Shown here piece after piece: positions 53,074-64,000 of a stretch of 64,000 nucleotides of DNA. The stretch is taken from positions 2,644,539 through 2,708,538 of the forward strand of contig MU004233.1 in assembly GCA_010405405.1 (NCBI GenBank), written 5' to 3'. The notes under the pieces are model-generated. The model saw only the letters and a program-made list of their open reading frames with translations. It did not search any database and was not told where the DNA came from. The position numbers and the translations under genes are program-made. Source of the DNA: Microthyrium microscopicum (Eukaryota). The first letter of the stretch is position 1, and the number at the start of each line of letters is the position of its first letter.

Positions 53074-56000
53074 ATGGCTCTCCCAAACGGCGACACCAGG
53101 GACACGACAGACCCGAACCAAACGCCAATCGAGAGTCCCCAAGTGGAAACCCCCATTGAAAAGGAGAGAGCCAGAAAGCGGGAAATCGCAAGGTCAAATA
53201 TGCCCGATTGCGCGTGTCCTGCATACAACTGACCCCATTATCTGTAGTTATCTATCCGCTGCCTCTGTTCCACGCGATATAGATGGTGTTTTACGAGCCA
53301 CTTCTAGCGATGCCAACATTACAGCTCTCGTACAACTTGGTGCTTTCAAACTCGAGACAGATAGAGCTTTCCTCTCCCTGCTGGATGGTCGCAATCAATA
53401 CATTGTGACCGAGGCTACTCGAAATCACTCAATTCGCAAAGCCGATGAGTCCGTTTTCTTGGGACTTTCAAAGCTGAACATATCATATGGTGTTTGTCCT
53501 AGGTACCTGGCGACTCATGCGCTTTCTGAATACGACTAATGAGCTTCTAGGACGATAGATTACTTTACTGATAGTAGTGGAGAGATGGTTATGGAAACCC
53601 CCAATGTTATTGCTGATAAACGACGATACATTATCAACGATTTTCGGGCGGACCCTCATTATAAGACGAGGCCATACGTCACTGGTTTTCCTTACATGGT
53701 TTCATATGCTGAAGTGCCATTAGTTTCTCCTCTGGGCTATGTCTTGGGATCTTACTGTGTAGTTGACGACAAACTAAGAGAATTCGATACTGAAGAATGC
53801 ATCGGGATATTGGATGAGGTTGCTGATGCTATCATGACACATCTGGACCTTATCAGGCTCAAACAGAACAGAACTCGAGCGGAAACGTTAATCAAGGGTC
53901 TGAGTGAATTTATGGCAAGAGAAGCTCCAGTTCCTATCGGTCGGGATTTGTCTATTGCCAGCACGATTAGCGAACAGCGCATGACAGCCACAAGGATTGA
54001 CAGCTCATTGGAGCAGATCAAGGAGCAGGAATCGTCAGAGACCCTTGAACTGGTTGAGCCGGTCTACCGTCCGCAGATAGCTTCATATCCAAGCACCTCT
54101 GGCCAGTCCCATGGCACTGTCTCGGGATCAGATGATCATACAATGTTATCATCAAACACGGACATCATCGATACGCCCCCATCGACGCCACCGGATCGCG
54201 CAAACCCATTTGAAAGCATCGGCCTTTCTTCAACCACGAGCGATGGCCAGTACGACGAAAACGCGCCCTTAGCCGTTGAACCTGATCCGGCTGAAGCTAG
54301 CCATGAATCAACGATCTCCTCAGATATCCGTGCTACGTTTGCGCGCGCAGCCAAAACTATCCGAGATGCGATGGATATGTCTGGGATTCTTTTCTTGGAC
54401 GCTGCACCAACTGGCTTTGGTCTACACTTAACACAAAGTTCACCTGAAGAGCAAGAAGACCAATGGCAAAGTATGCCTGTAGATGATATATCAACCCCAG
54501 ACATGGCCAACAATGCGTGCGACATAATCGCTGGTAGTTACGAAACACCTCTGATGCCCGAAAAGCATCTCCCCGAGGTTCTTTTACAAAGGTTCTTACG
54601 AAGATATCCCCGTGGACATGTCTTCTCCGCTGATGAATTTGGTCCCATCGATTGTGATTATGGCCCGGGTGCTATGCCTAAAACTCTAAAACAGCATCGT
54701 CGACGCAGCTCCCGATCTCAACACGACGTCGAAGAATTGTTCGCATTTTTGCCCAATGCTCGATACATCATTTTTCTTCCTTTGTGGCATTTTCAGCGAG
54801 AAACCTGGTTCGGTGCCACCCTGGGCTGGACGACAAGCGAATTGGCACCTATCGACGTTGACAGTTTGAGCCTTCTGATGGCTTTCGGCAATTCGATCAT
54901 GGCGGAGGTATCTCGTTTTGAAGCTCTAGCCATTAGTAGGGCGAAATCAGACTTCATCTCGTCAATCAGCCATGAGCTACGAAGCCCGTTACATGGTATA
55001 CTAGCAAGCGGAGAGCTTCTGCGAGAAGCCGTGGACGATCCTGCTCTTATCTCAAATCTGGACATGATCGACAGTTGCGGCCGCACCCTTCTGGATACCT
55101 TCAACAATCTGCTGGATTACGCAAAAATAAACAACGTTTCCCAATCCGAAGCCAAGGATCAAGGTGTTGACTCCGGCTCACAAAGTCCCTCCACCTCCAA
55201 GTCAGCCAACAAACTACACGATCTGAGTTATTTAGTCCAAGAAGTAGTAGATGGCGTGCATCTTGGATTTATCAAGACCATCTTCCAAAATACCTCTGAT
55301 AACGAAAGCATGTTCAGCACTAGTCAACCAGAATATGATGAACGTGGCGAACATACACCTGACGAAACAGTTCTCGTTACTGTAAACATTGAAGACAGAC
55401 CAACTTGGATATCAAGGCTCGATAGTGGATCCTGGAAGAGAGTTGTGATGAACATTTTTGGCAATGCGCTCAAATACACGCGGTCAGGCCACATCGAAGT
55501 TGGGCTAAAACTCGTTGAGCTGCCAAATATGGCAGGGCAACTAAAGCATCAAATTCGCTTTTCTGTTAAAGACACTGGCATTGGCATGGGCTCGGAATAT
55601 ATGAAATATTCTCTCTATCAGCCGTTCTGTCAAGAGAATCCTTTGTCTGTAGGAAGTGGACTAGGCCTCTCCATAGTCCAACAACTTGTTAAAAAGCTCG
55701 GCGGGACTCTACAGATCAAAAGCCAAATAGGAGTTGGCACTGCGGTCCAAGTCACAGTTCCGCTCGACAATGATATGGTCGATAGCCTCATCACCAACCC
55801 ACGAGCCGCCCCAGTTGGCTCTTTATCTGACTCCAAGAAGTTTTTGAGCGGCAAGTCGATTTGCTATATATCTCCAGAGGCCTATAAGGATTTGATCAAT
55901 CGCGATTTTGTAATGACAATTGATGTGAAAGACAGAGCAAAGGCAGTGTACAAAGCTCTCGCAAAGCTCGCATCCACGGGAAATGAAATGAACATTCTTC

Positions 56001-57087
56001 TTGTCAACGATCACATCATCCCCGATGCCGATCTCTACTTTATCGATGGCCATATTCTCGGCAAGTCGACGAAAGGCAAACGTTATGTCTCCATACATGA
56101 GCACCTTCCACGACCAACTGCTCCACTACTCGTGCTATGCGGTGCGAGGGCTGGCTCGCCTCGATTGCAAAAGTCGGAACTGTTACATGGCACTACTTAT
56201 TTCATACACCATCCTCTGCTTCCCAAGCGCTTCACATCTGTTCTCTTGGAGGCAACCTCGTCTGGAAAGTCCAAAGTCTTTAGTCACAGCCAAACCTCAT
56301 CTCCATCTACACAGGCACCGGAAACACCGAATTCATCTCCAGAGTCCGAAACACTACCAAATATCGCCAAAGAGCCTCTCCCTGTCAGCTCCATCCGCCC
56401 ATCCATTTCCGCAATTGAAAGCATCTCTCCTACCACTCGCCCAATACCAGGTAAGACATGAACATGTCGAATACAGTTCTTGACGATCACTTCATGGATT
56501 CGTAACGCGAAAATACGAAGCGTTCCATTTAGTGATTGTTGGCTTTGATCGCGGTGAATCTATACTAACAAACTCCAGATACCTTAATTCCATCTCCTGA
56601 CTGTCAACCTCTATCCGCACCCGCGCCTACCCCCAAACACCTTTTACTTGTTGACGACAACGCCATCAACCTCAAAATCCTAATGACCGTCTCCCAAAAG
56701 ACGGGCAGCACATATAGCACCGCCATCAATGGCCTCGAGGCTGTGCAAGTCTACAAGGCGTCCTCGAAACGTTTTGATCTTATCTTTATGGATATCAGTA
56801 TGCCTGTCATGTCCGGACTGGAAGCGACACGCGAGATACGCGCATTCGAGCGTGATATGAAAATGCAGCCAAGCAAGATTGTAGCGCTGACGGGGCTTGG
56901 GAGTGCGAGCTCGAAGAAAGAGGCGTTTGCGAGTGGGACGAATATGTTCTTGACGAAGCCGATACGGTTGCAAGCGGTTAGGGATCTATTGAACGAGGGC
57001 AGTGACATTGAGACGGCTGCATCGCAAGCGTCTGGCCAAAGTTTGACGAGCACTGTGGAGGTTCGTAGTAAAAGTTACAGTGGATGA
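53074..57087 (+). CDS. Hybrid histidine kinase (GAF-HisKA-HATPase-REC); introns 53193-53247, 53503-53550, 56451-56578
   Basis: SYAEVPL...GSYCVVDD (GAF), ISHELRSPLHG, NIFGNALKY, DTGIG, LLLVDDNAIN, FMDISMPVMSG. Confidence 0.93.
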
Positions 57088-57494
57088 TCATTGGCGAGCG
57101 AAGTGTTTGATGCGTGTTATTTTGAGCATTTCAGCGTTTTACCCAAGGGCGGTTTGGTGATTTGATTGATGTATATATGAGATTTACGAGACAGTTTTCA
57201 TTGGCCAAGCAACATCGCTGAAACTGACGAATGTATCAATAGTAATATTTGATCTATCACCCTTTTACCTGACTTCTTACATAATGCAGCTGCATTGGAT
57301 CCGACCATTTGGTACCTTAGGGAGGAATGTATATGAACTTGGCGATCGTCAATATTGATCAACCAAGCAGCACTTCTTGGAGTTCCTTTGATCGTAACCT
57401 TTAGCTACCTGGTATCACTGGCTTTCTCAGCCGCTAATAGATTATCTCTTGGAAGCTTGTCCAGTCTCGCACCCAGCCCAGCCCAGTCAACAAT

Positions 57495-58296
57495 CTATCG
57501 CCCAGGACAGCTTGCATCGCACGCTGCATTCTGTGGCCAGACACAAGAGGACGTCTCGCTGTCAAACCAAAAGCGCACTCCTCCCGGGCCAAGAGGGCAA
57601 TACATGGTCAATCCTCCATCGTCTTCATCCTTCTGGCACACAACATATTTGGTGCAGTCGTTCGGATCTGGATACTCTCCACGTTTCTTGCCATTGCAAA
57701 AATCGCCGACATCCACATCCGTACACTTCTCAGCTCCAGCCAGCACAACCTGGCCTCCTTTGAATGCTTGGCCGATCGATTTGCAATTGTGGCTCTCTGC
57801 ATTTTCAAGTGACTCGTCAGGAGCGCCGGCGCAGCCCGCAACTTCAGGATAGTCACATCGGGCTGATGCAGGGCTAGGCCCAGACTCTGCGACAAAATGG
57901 AGCGGGTTCCCGTCGTTGCTTAATGCGCATATCATCTCGTATGCGTGGGTCTGCGCTACGCAGGCGACGTAGTGTGTGCATTTTGTTGGATGTGGGTAGT
58001 CTCCGTCAAGTAGGCCGGAGCAGTCGAACTCGAAATCTGGTTCGCCGTGATAGAGCCATTGAGCGCATTCTTGGAAGTGGAAATCACTAGGTAGATGACA
58101 TGTTAGCTTTTGCTTCAAGTTTTTTTTTGATGCAAGGTTGGCACAAAGATCTTGTTACTTACCAAGTCTGGATATTGTCGGTAGCCAATCTCTGGCACAA
58201 ACGGTATTGTATAAGACAATTGTCTAATAAGGGACTCGCTATGACCGTTGTCATCGAGGATAAGACGGCTCCAGTGAGGAATCCGGAGAAATGCAT
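57495..58296 (-). CDS. Secreted protein with two CBM14/peritrophin-A chitin-binding domains; intron 58087-58162
   Basis: Signal peptide; two 6-Cys units of the form C-x5-G-x-YP-x-P-x2-C-x2-YV-x-C. Confidence 0.85.
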
Positions 58297-59468
58297 GCTG
58301 GATTATGCTTTTACGACTGCAGACTTTGAAAGATAGGCTACGTATTTTCTCAGTTTATGGTTTCGACTACTGTAAACTAGCTCTTGAAAGGATATCATTC
58401 GAAAGAAAGAAGCAGATAGCTGACGATACTTTAATACTCTCCCCATACAAAACTAATCTCTAGCAAATGCATATGTCCGTAGACCGGAGCATCAGTGGAC
58501 GATCTAGCAACCAGGTCAGCCAGCCAGACAGCGATCAACCAAATTTCATGCAGCTTTACAGTCTCCTTATTCGCTACGATTCTGCCAGGACTTGGAAGAC
58601 TAGAGTTGAGATTCTGCGCCATTGTGCCCGGTGTGCTACTACGAATACATGACTACCTACCTGCAGCCATGCCTAGATCAATTGGTCAATCTCACACGCT
58701 AAATATGATATAGTCCACCAAAAGACGAGGAATCATCACACAAGTTGTATACGAGCGGGGTGTACAAAGATCTTAGGCACATCAGCCGGACGGGAGGTTT
58801 TTCATACGGTCGTGATTCCTTAGCTTTCTTAGCATACAGTAGCTTAATGTGGATCTGGTTAGTTTGCTTTGTTGAGGCTATGCGCGATTGAGCTGTCCTC
58901 TTTACAGATCCGATACATATTACTGTCTGCCTGCTTGTGGTCTAGAAATGAGGTGCAGAAAAAGTTCTGTTTTTACCCAGGAGAGACAGAATCTTTCATA
59001 TTTGGTAGCTACTAGTACCTACGTAACAAGTCACTGCAAGTTTAAACAGGCATAGGAATATAATTAGAACTCGACAGAAGTCGACGTTGATTTGAAGGTG
59101 AACTTGCCTCCTATGCATAAGATGTGAAGTACTAGGTGCATTGTGATCAGTCCTATATCCTACCTTGACATATGCTTGGAGGAAAGTGTCGTGCGAAAAC
59201 GAGAAGATTAGAGTACAGCACTAACACACCGAAATGTGGAATATAAGGATATTTGATCTGTTCATCATCTATATCTTGAATTCTGCTTCGCAACTATCGC
59301 CATGGATAGATGATCCCGATATTGTGCGCGGCCAGAATCATTTCCACTCTTGATGTAATCTTACACAGCTAGATGATTGAACCAATGCCAGTTTTTTCCC
59401 GTAACCATAATACAACACAGCCTATGTAACAATCTGCTTTTGCTTTTCCCAACGCCAGTGCGCATCAC

Positions 59469-60726
59469 CTATGGTCGCCGCCTAACCTTGGCATTGTTAC
59501 GTCTTCGTGCTTCGCCATTTGCAGATGAAGCAGTAGCGTTTTTGATCGCTGGGTTGATATCATGCTCAATCTTTTCGTCGTCGTTCAGATATGGTACATC
59601 AACAGACCCGCCAATGAATCGTCCGCCAGTCTTGTTCCAGAGGAAAACAGGGAAGCGGAACAGCACTGTGTCCTTGATGGTTGGTGGATGAATTTCGTTG
59701 ATCTGTGTCCGTTAGTAAGGTAATGACAGTAATGGTCTTTGAGAAACTTACATCAATGAGAAATTCGTTAGTCTCGCCTTCCTCAGAGGTCTCTTCTAAG
59801 AACACATTTCCGACTGAATCAACAATCAAAACCTTTCCATTCTCTGCCACAACTCTACGCTTGTTGCCTTGTGGACCAGACACTAGTGTTGCCTCGATAG
59901 GCTCGCTGATGTCTTCTGCAACAATACCCTTCTTTGCATTCTTCTTGAGCTCCTTGTCCTGCATGCGTTTTTGGCGACGATTCATTGCACTTTCAGCTCC
60001 GTTGGACTGTGCTGCCGAAGGTACAACTTCTGCAGTATCAAGGCCAGGCACAACCATTCCGTTTCCCCAGGCCATCTTGCGCGCATTCAAAATGTACTTC
60101 TGCGCAAACTGACGCTGTTGTTTCCAACCCATGTACAACGCAAGATAATGCGCACCTCCACCAACCACAATGAACAGGCCAATAAGCACGGTGCCAGCAC
60201 CCGGTCGATACCGCGCATAATAGTAACCAGTTCCACGCCAAGCAGGAAAACCATGGTCCAAGAAGAAGTCATAGCGATCACGATTTTCTCCACGCAGGAT
60301 TGTAGCGATGATGGACAGGCGCTTGAAGCGCGCATCCGCCTCCTTATGGAACGCATCAATTTCGCGTTGGCTTGGGCGCTTCTTCTTGTCAACGGTTGTC
60401 TTGCCAGTGGCAGGGTCGGTGACTTTGCCGTAGTTGGCGATGAAGGACTGGCGGGCTTTGTCAGGATGGGCGCGTGCGGCGACTTTGCGGTAGGCGCGAT
60501 TGATTTCGTCCATGGTGGACTTGCGTGTTACGCCGATGAGGGAGTAGAAGGTAGTGTCGGGGCCTTCGTGGGCGATCACATCGTCGCGAATGCGAAAGAT
60601 TTCGTGGTCTGGGCTTTGGTTAGCGATTTTTGTTAAGGAGGTTGAATTAGAGCGCATACCTTCTGGTTGCCATGCCGTTGCTGCGCCGGCCAGCAGACAA
60701 GCTGCTATTACATTGAGAAACCGCAT
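59469..60726 (-). CDS. ERJ5: ER-membrane J-domain protein (Erj5-like); intron 59703-59751
   Basis: Signal peptide, DHEIFR, HPD motif, RYDFFLDHGFPAWRGTGYYYARYRPG, TM helix. Confidence 0.85.
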
Positions 60727-61148
60727 TTTGGGCGGTTAGTAGATGGGGATGAGGGATGGGAGATGTGTATAAATTTTGGGCAATGGACGACGTGGCAGCC
60801 CTGAGCGTAAGAGCGTCGGCTGCTGAAACGTCTCGAGGTGCGCGAATTAAGACCAACAGTACCGACTTGAAATCTGAAATAGAGCCGGATGGTTTATGTC
60901 GGAGAAATGGCTGTCGTGGCCTCAGCAAGTAGAAAATGCGGTAAAAGCCAGTGGGTTGGTAGGAAATTTAATTGTTTCGAGGTCCAACCAGCAGGCATCG
61001 CAAGTTGTGGCGCGCTGAAATGATATCAATGTGGCGCAGCGAATTCACCAGCCACAATGATCAGAAAATCTTTTGTGCTGTCAAGACTGACTCAAGAGGC
61101 TGAAAATTTTCAGCATCGCTTAGATTGGAACACAAGTAATCTCGGACC

Positions 61149-62782
61149 ATGGACGCTCATCGAGGTCTTCTATCACAAGTTCACTTTGCACCATATGTAC
61201 CCATCTGGCGACTCGAGCTCGCCAAAAGCTATGCATCTCTTGGGTATCCTGATCTAGCCGCAGGTGAGGCGTACATGGCCTTGTTGTTATCCGATGAAAT
61301 TCAGGATGAAAGTGGTGAATATCACGACGAGGTTATTGAGGCTGTAACGCTGCTTCATCTTCTCCCCACAATCAATGGTGGTCAGAAAGGTTTTGGTCCT
61401 GATTCGTTGAGCGAAGATGACATACTCTCTTGGACATTAAACTCCGTGGAAAAAGTTTCGTAGGTGCCTAGCGTATTTTCTTCTGGGTGTTCTTTTCACA
61501 CAAGTATAACAGATATGAGCTTCTTTCAAGGTACTTGATAGATTGTGGTTGTCTTCGCAGCGCAGCAGAGTTCACCAGCAGAGGATTGCGGAAGTTCTCG
61601 ACCAATGCGGTTCTTACGCAGAATTTAGCATCCATCCATAAACGTGCTGGGAAAGGTTGTGATTTTGATCCAACATTTGAATCATATCCAGAACGCACGT
61701 TTGTCCGGAGAGAGCTGTATCCTTGGCATAGCTTTGAGCCTGATCGATTCACTACAGAGTCTTTGCAAGCTCTAAACGACCAGCTGGGCAAGGTAGCACC
61801 AAAGCTCGAAGTCAAAAGTGTAGAGTTGCCAGAGCTGAGATCTGAAAGACCGGACGCGACATCCAGACAATTAGGCGTATTTGCGAAAGAAGACCTATCT
61901 CCGGGCGACATTATCTTGGTTGAAAAGTCTCTCCTGACTGGTACGACACGACTTCATGATTCGTACTGCGATGCATGTAGCTTAAGTCTTACGGGTCTGG
62001 GGAGCGCAGTCTCATGTCCAGAGTGTATGGTAGCTGTATTCTGCGGCCAAGACTGTCTAGATCTTGCTACAGAGTCATACCATACAGCGCTATGTGGCAC
62101 AGATGTCTCTTCTCTTCAGAGAAATATCCCCGCGACTGAAGCAGCAGATGCTTTATATTCTCAGCTACTACTTCGAGCTTTTGCCATGTCAGTGGCTCAA
62201 GACTGTCATCCTCTTGAGCTACCTGAAGTAAAATATATTTGGGGAGATCATAAATTAGCTCAACATGATCCTACAACACATTCGGATGATCCTTTCCACC
62301 ATCAGCCACGCACATTGCCATTTAGCTTTCAAAACAATGTGTTGTTACCAATTCACATTCTTGAAAAGATGGATGTCAACATATTCTCCACTCAAGCTCG
62401 CTTCGATCCATGGGTAACGAATACCCTATATGCCAAATTCCGTGGCACTGCATCTGCAAAACTTGGTCCTACAGCCCTGCCAGAGATTGGTGCTGTTCAT
62501 CCACTTTGGTGTCTTACAAATCATAGCTGCGATCCAAATGTTGCCTGGGAGTGGGAGGGAACAATGCGATTCTGGGTCCGTGAGAATAGAGCATTGTGGG
62601 ATGGGAAGAAATCCGCCAAACCTCCAGGCATCAGAGCTGGCGACGAGATCCTTAGTCATTATTGTGATATTAGACTTCCAGTCAAAGAGCGCAGAGAGTG
62701 GGCTTCTGGTGCATTAGGTGGAGACTGCGCATGCGAGCGCTGCCTATGGGAAGACAAACAAAGCGACAAGAGCGACGGATGA
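61149..62782 (+). CDS. SET/MYND-domain protein; intron 61460-61512
   Basis: LGYPDLAAGEAY, QLGVFAKEDL, CDAC/CPEC zinc motif, NHSCDPN, ILSHY, CACERC post-SET. Confidence 0.88.
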
Positions 62783-62945
62783 AAGAACATCTTGTATACT
62801 TTTACATATTCACGCGACAGATGTATGCATAATACCGCAAACAATGCAATTACTCGCTCAACCTTACCGACCCAGCCCACGACAAGACCATTTCAGTGGA
62901 GTCCTTGCAAACCGTGGTAATGATTCATACGCAATATCATGAATT

Positions 62946-64000
62946 TCATAGTAAATCATCATCCGGTTGCGGAACAGGTGCCGTAGAATCCCAATTCCAA
63001 TCCTGATCAATATCGAATGTACCAACATTTTGCCACCCATAACTTGGCGGTAAATGCGCCGAAGGGATATGTTGTGATAAACCAGCCTCTCCATTTTTGA
63101 CGTATGCTTCTGTATTATATGGTGATGGTTGCATATAGACACCATCATAAGCTATAGACGGTTCGAATGTTGCCGAAACACTTGCAGGGTGCATACTTGA
63201 CGGAACAGAACTTCTTGGTGGTGTCGACATGTCGTGCGAACCACTTGAGGTACCATATATAGCACGAGAGTTGTTGGAAGGATATGGAGAGCTTGGCGAG
63301 ACTGAAAGCATTCCTGGCATACTGGAGATCATAGGTTGACGAAGCGTTGAAGCAGAGCCCGCTGGACTTAGAGGAGAAGATAGTCCCATGTCTCCAGTTG
63401 CGCTATTGTTGGCCATGCTTACAGGTGTCTTGCCTGGGAAATTTGAGTCTTCCTGCTGGTCCTGAGACTTGAACTTCAGCGTGATTGTTCCGAAGAATGG
63501 GACGACGACTTTTACGCCAGACTCTTCACCTTCGACTGGTCCGTTTCGAAACTTGGTGAGTTGCTGAAGCGCCCGATAGCTCTGGCGGGCGACCTTTCCA
63601 AATGGTTGGTCCGAGATACGTTGATACACTTCAATACAAGTATCCACAGTGTCCCAATCTTCGGCTTGTCGTTTCTTGTCGGCCAGAGGGTTGTTAGCTG
63701 AAGTGGGAGAATTGGGAGTTTGGTTGGCGCTGACGAGGCCAATAATCAGTGTGACCAATGCCATGAAGTTTACAAAGTCGAGAAATTTTGCTTTGTAAAC
63801 ATGACGATTGCAAGGGTCTCGCATGACGAGATATACAGCTATCATGGACCTGGCAGATTCGAAACATGTGTCTCGACTGTACTCGAAGCCATTATTCGTC
63901 ACACTTTTGAGCATATAAGGGATGTGGAGAATCAGCCGAGTCTGGTGATAGAGGATTTGCCCAAGAATCTTTTGCAGCCAGGCCATATAATCTTCCGGCG
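62946..64000 (-). CDS. Fungal Zn2Cys6-type transcription factor, C-terminal part (5' end outside window)
   Basis: YHQTRLILHIPYML, YSRDTCFESAR, DFVNF, VVVPFFGTI typical of MHR-domain TFs. Confidence 0.75.
   Translation of the reverse strand, partial: PEDYMAWLQKILGQILYHQTRLILHIPYMLKSVTNNGFEYSRDTCFESARSMIAVYLVMRDPCNRHVYKAKFLDFVNFMALVTLIIGLVSANQTPNSPTSANNPLADKKRQAEDWDTVDTCIEVYQRISDQPFGKVARQSYRALQQLTKFRNGPVEGEESGVKVVVPFFGTITLKFKSQDQQEDSNFPGKTPVSMANNSATGDMGLSSPLSPAGSASTLRQPMISSMPGMLSVSPSSPYPSNNSRAIYGTSSGSHDMSTPPRSSVPSSMHPASVSATFEPSIAYDGVYMQPSPYNTEAYVKNGEAGLSQHIPSAHLPPSYGWQNVGTFDIDQDWNWDSTAPVPQPDDDLL

Overview
Eukaryotic, intron-containing fungal DNA from a filamentous ascomycete (Pezizomycotina). 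Eurotiomycetes/Chaetothyriales-like is an impression from the protein sequences only. I built about 23 protein-coding gene models by hand: ECM29 (3' part), a maltose-acetyltransferase-like gene, YTM1, DSL1/ZW10, DED1, cyclophilin B, SWS2, a cAMP-receptor-like GPCR, a PRA1-like gene, an F-box-like protein, a DUF1275 gene with a frameshift, a large GPI-type surface protein, an Amt/MEP transporter, MSH3, a secreted HsbA-like protein, an MFS transporter, IDH1, NXT1, a hypothetical protein, a hybrid histidine kinase, a double-CBM14 protein, ERJ5, a SET/MYND protein and a Zn2Cys6-type TF (3' part). There is also a decayed HET-domain relic. No rRNA, tRNA, CRISPR or recognisable transposon was found. 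The most unusual signals are RNA-level. (1) Most introns here are about 50-70 nt, but a set of long (160-380 nt) introns folds back into long-range stems, three of them in MSH3. (2) A 3.5 kb ORF-less gap between two convergent genes carries a nested ~1 kb fold-back structure plus intron-like signals, suggesting an unannotated ncRNA. (3) Phase-matched alternative splices swap C-termini (CypB HAEL vs TM tail; PRA1 fused through a GC-AG intron). All structures were found by eye, not computed.
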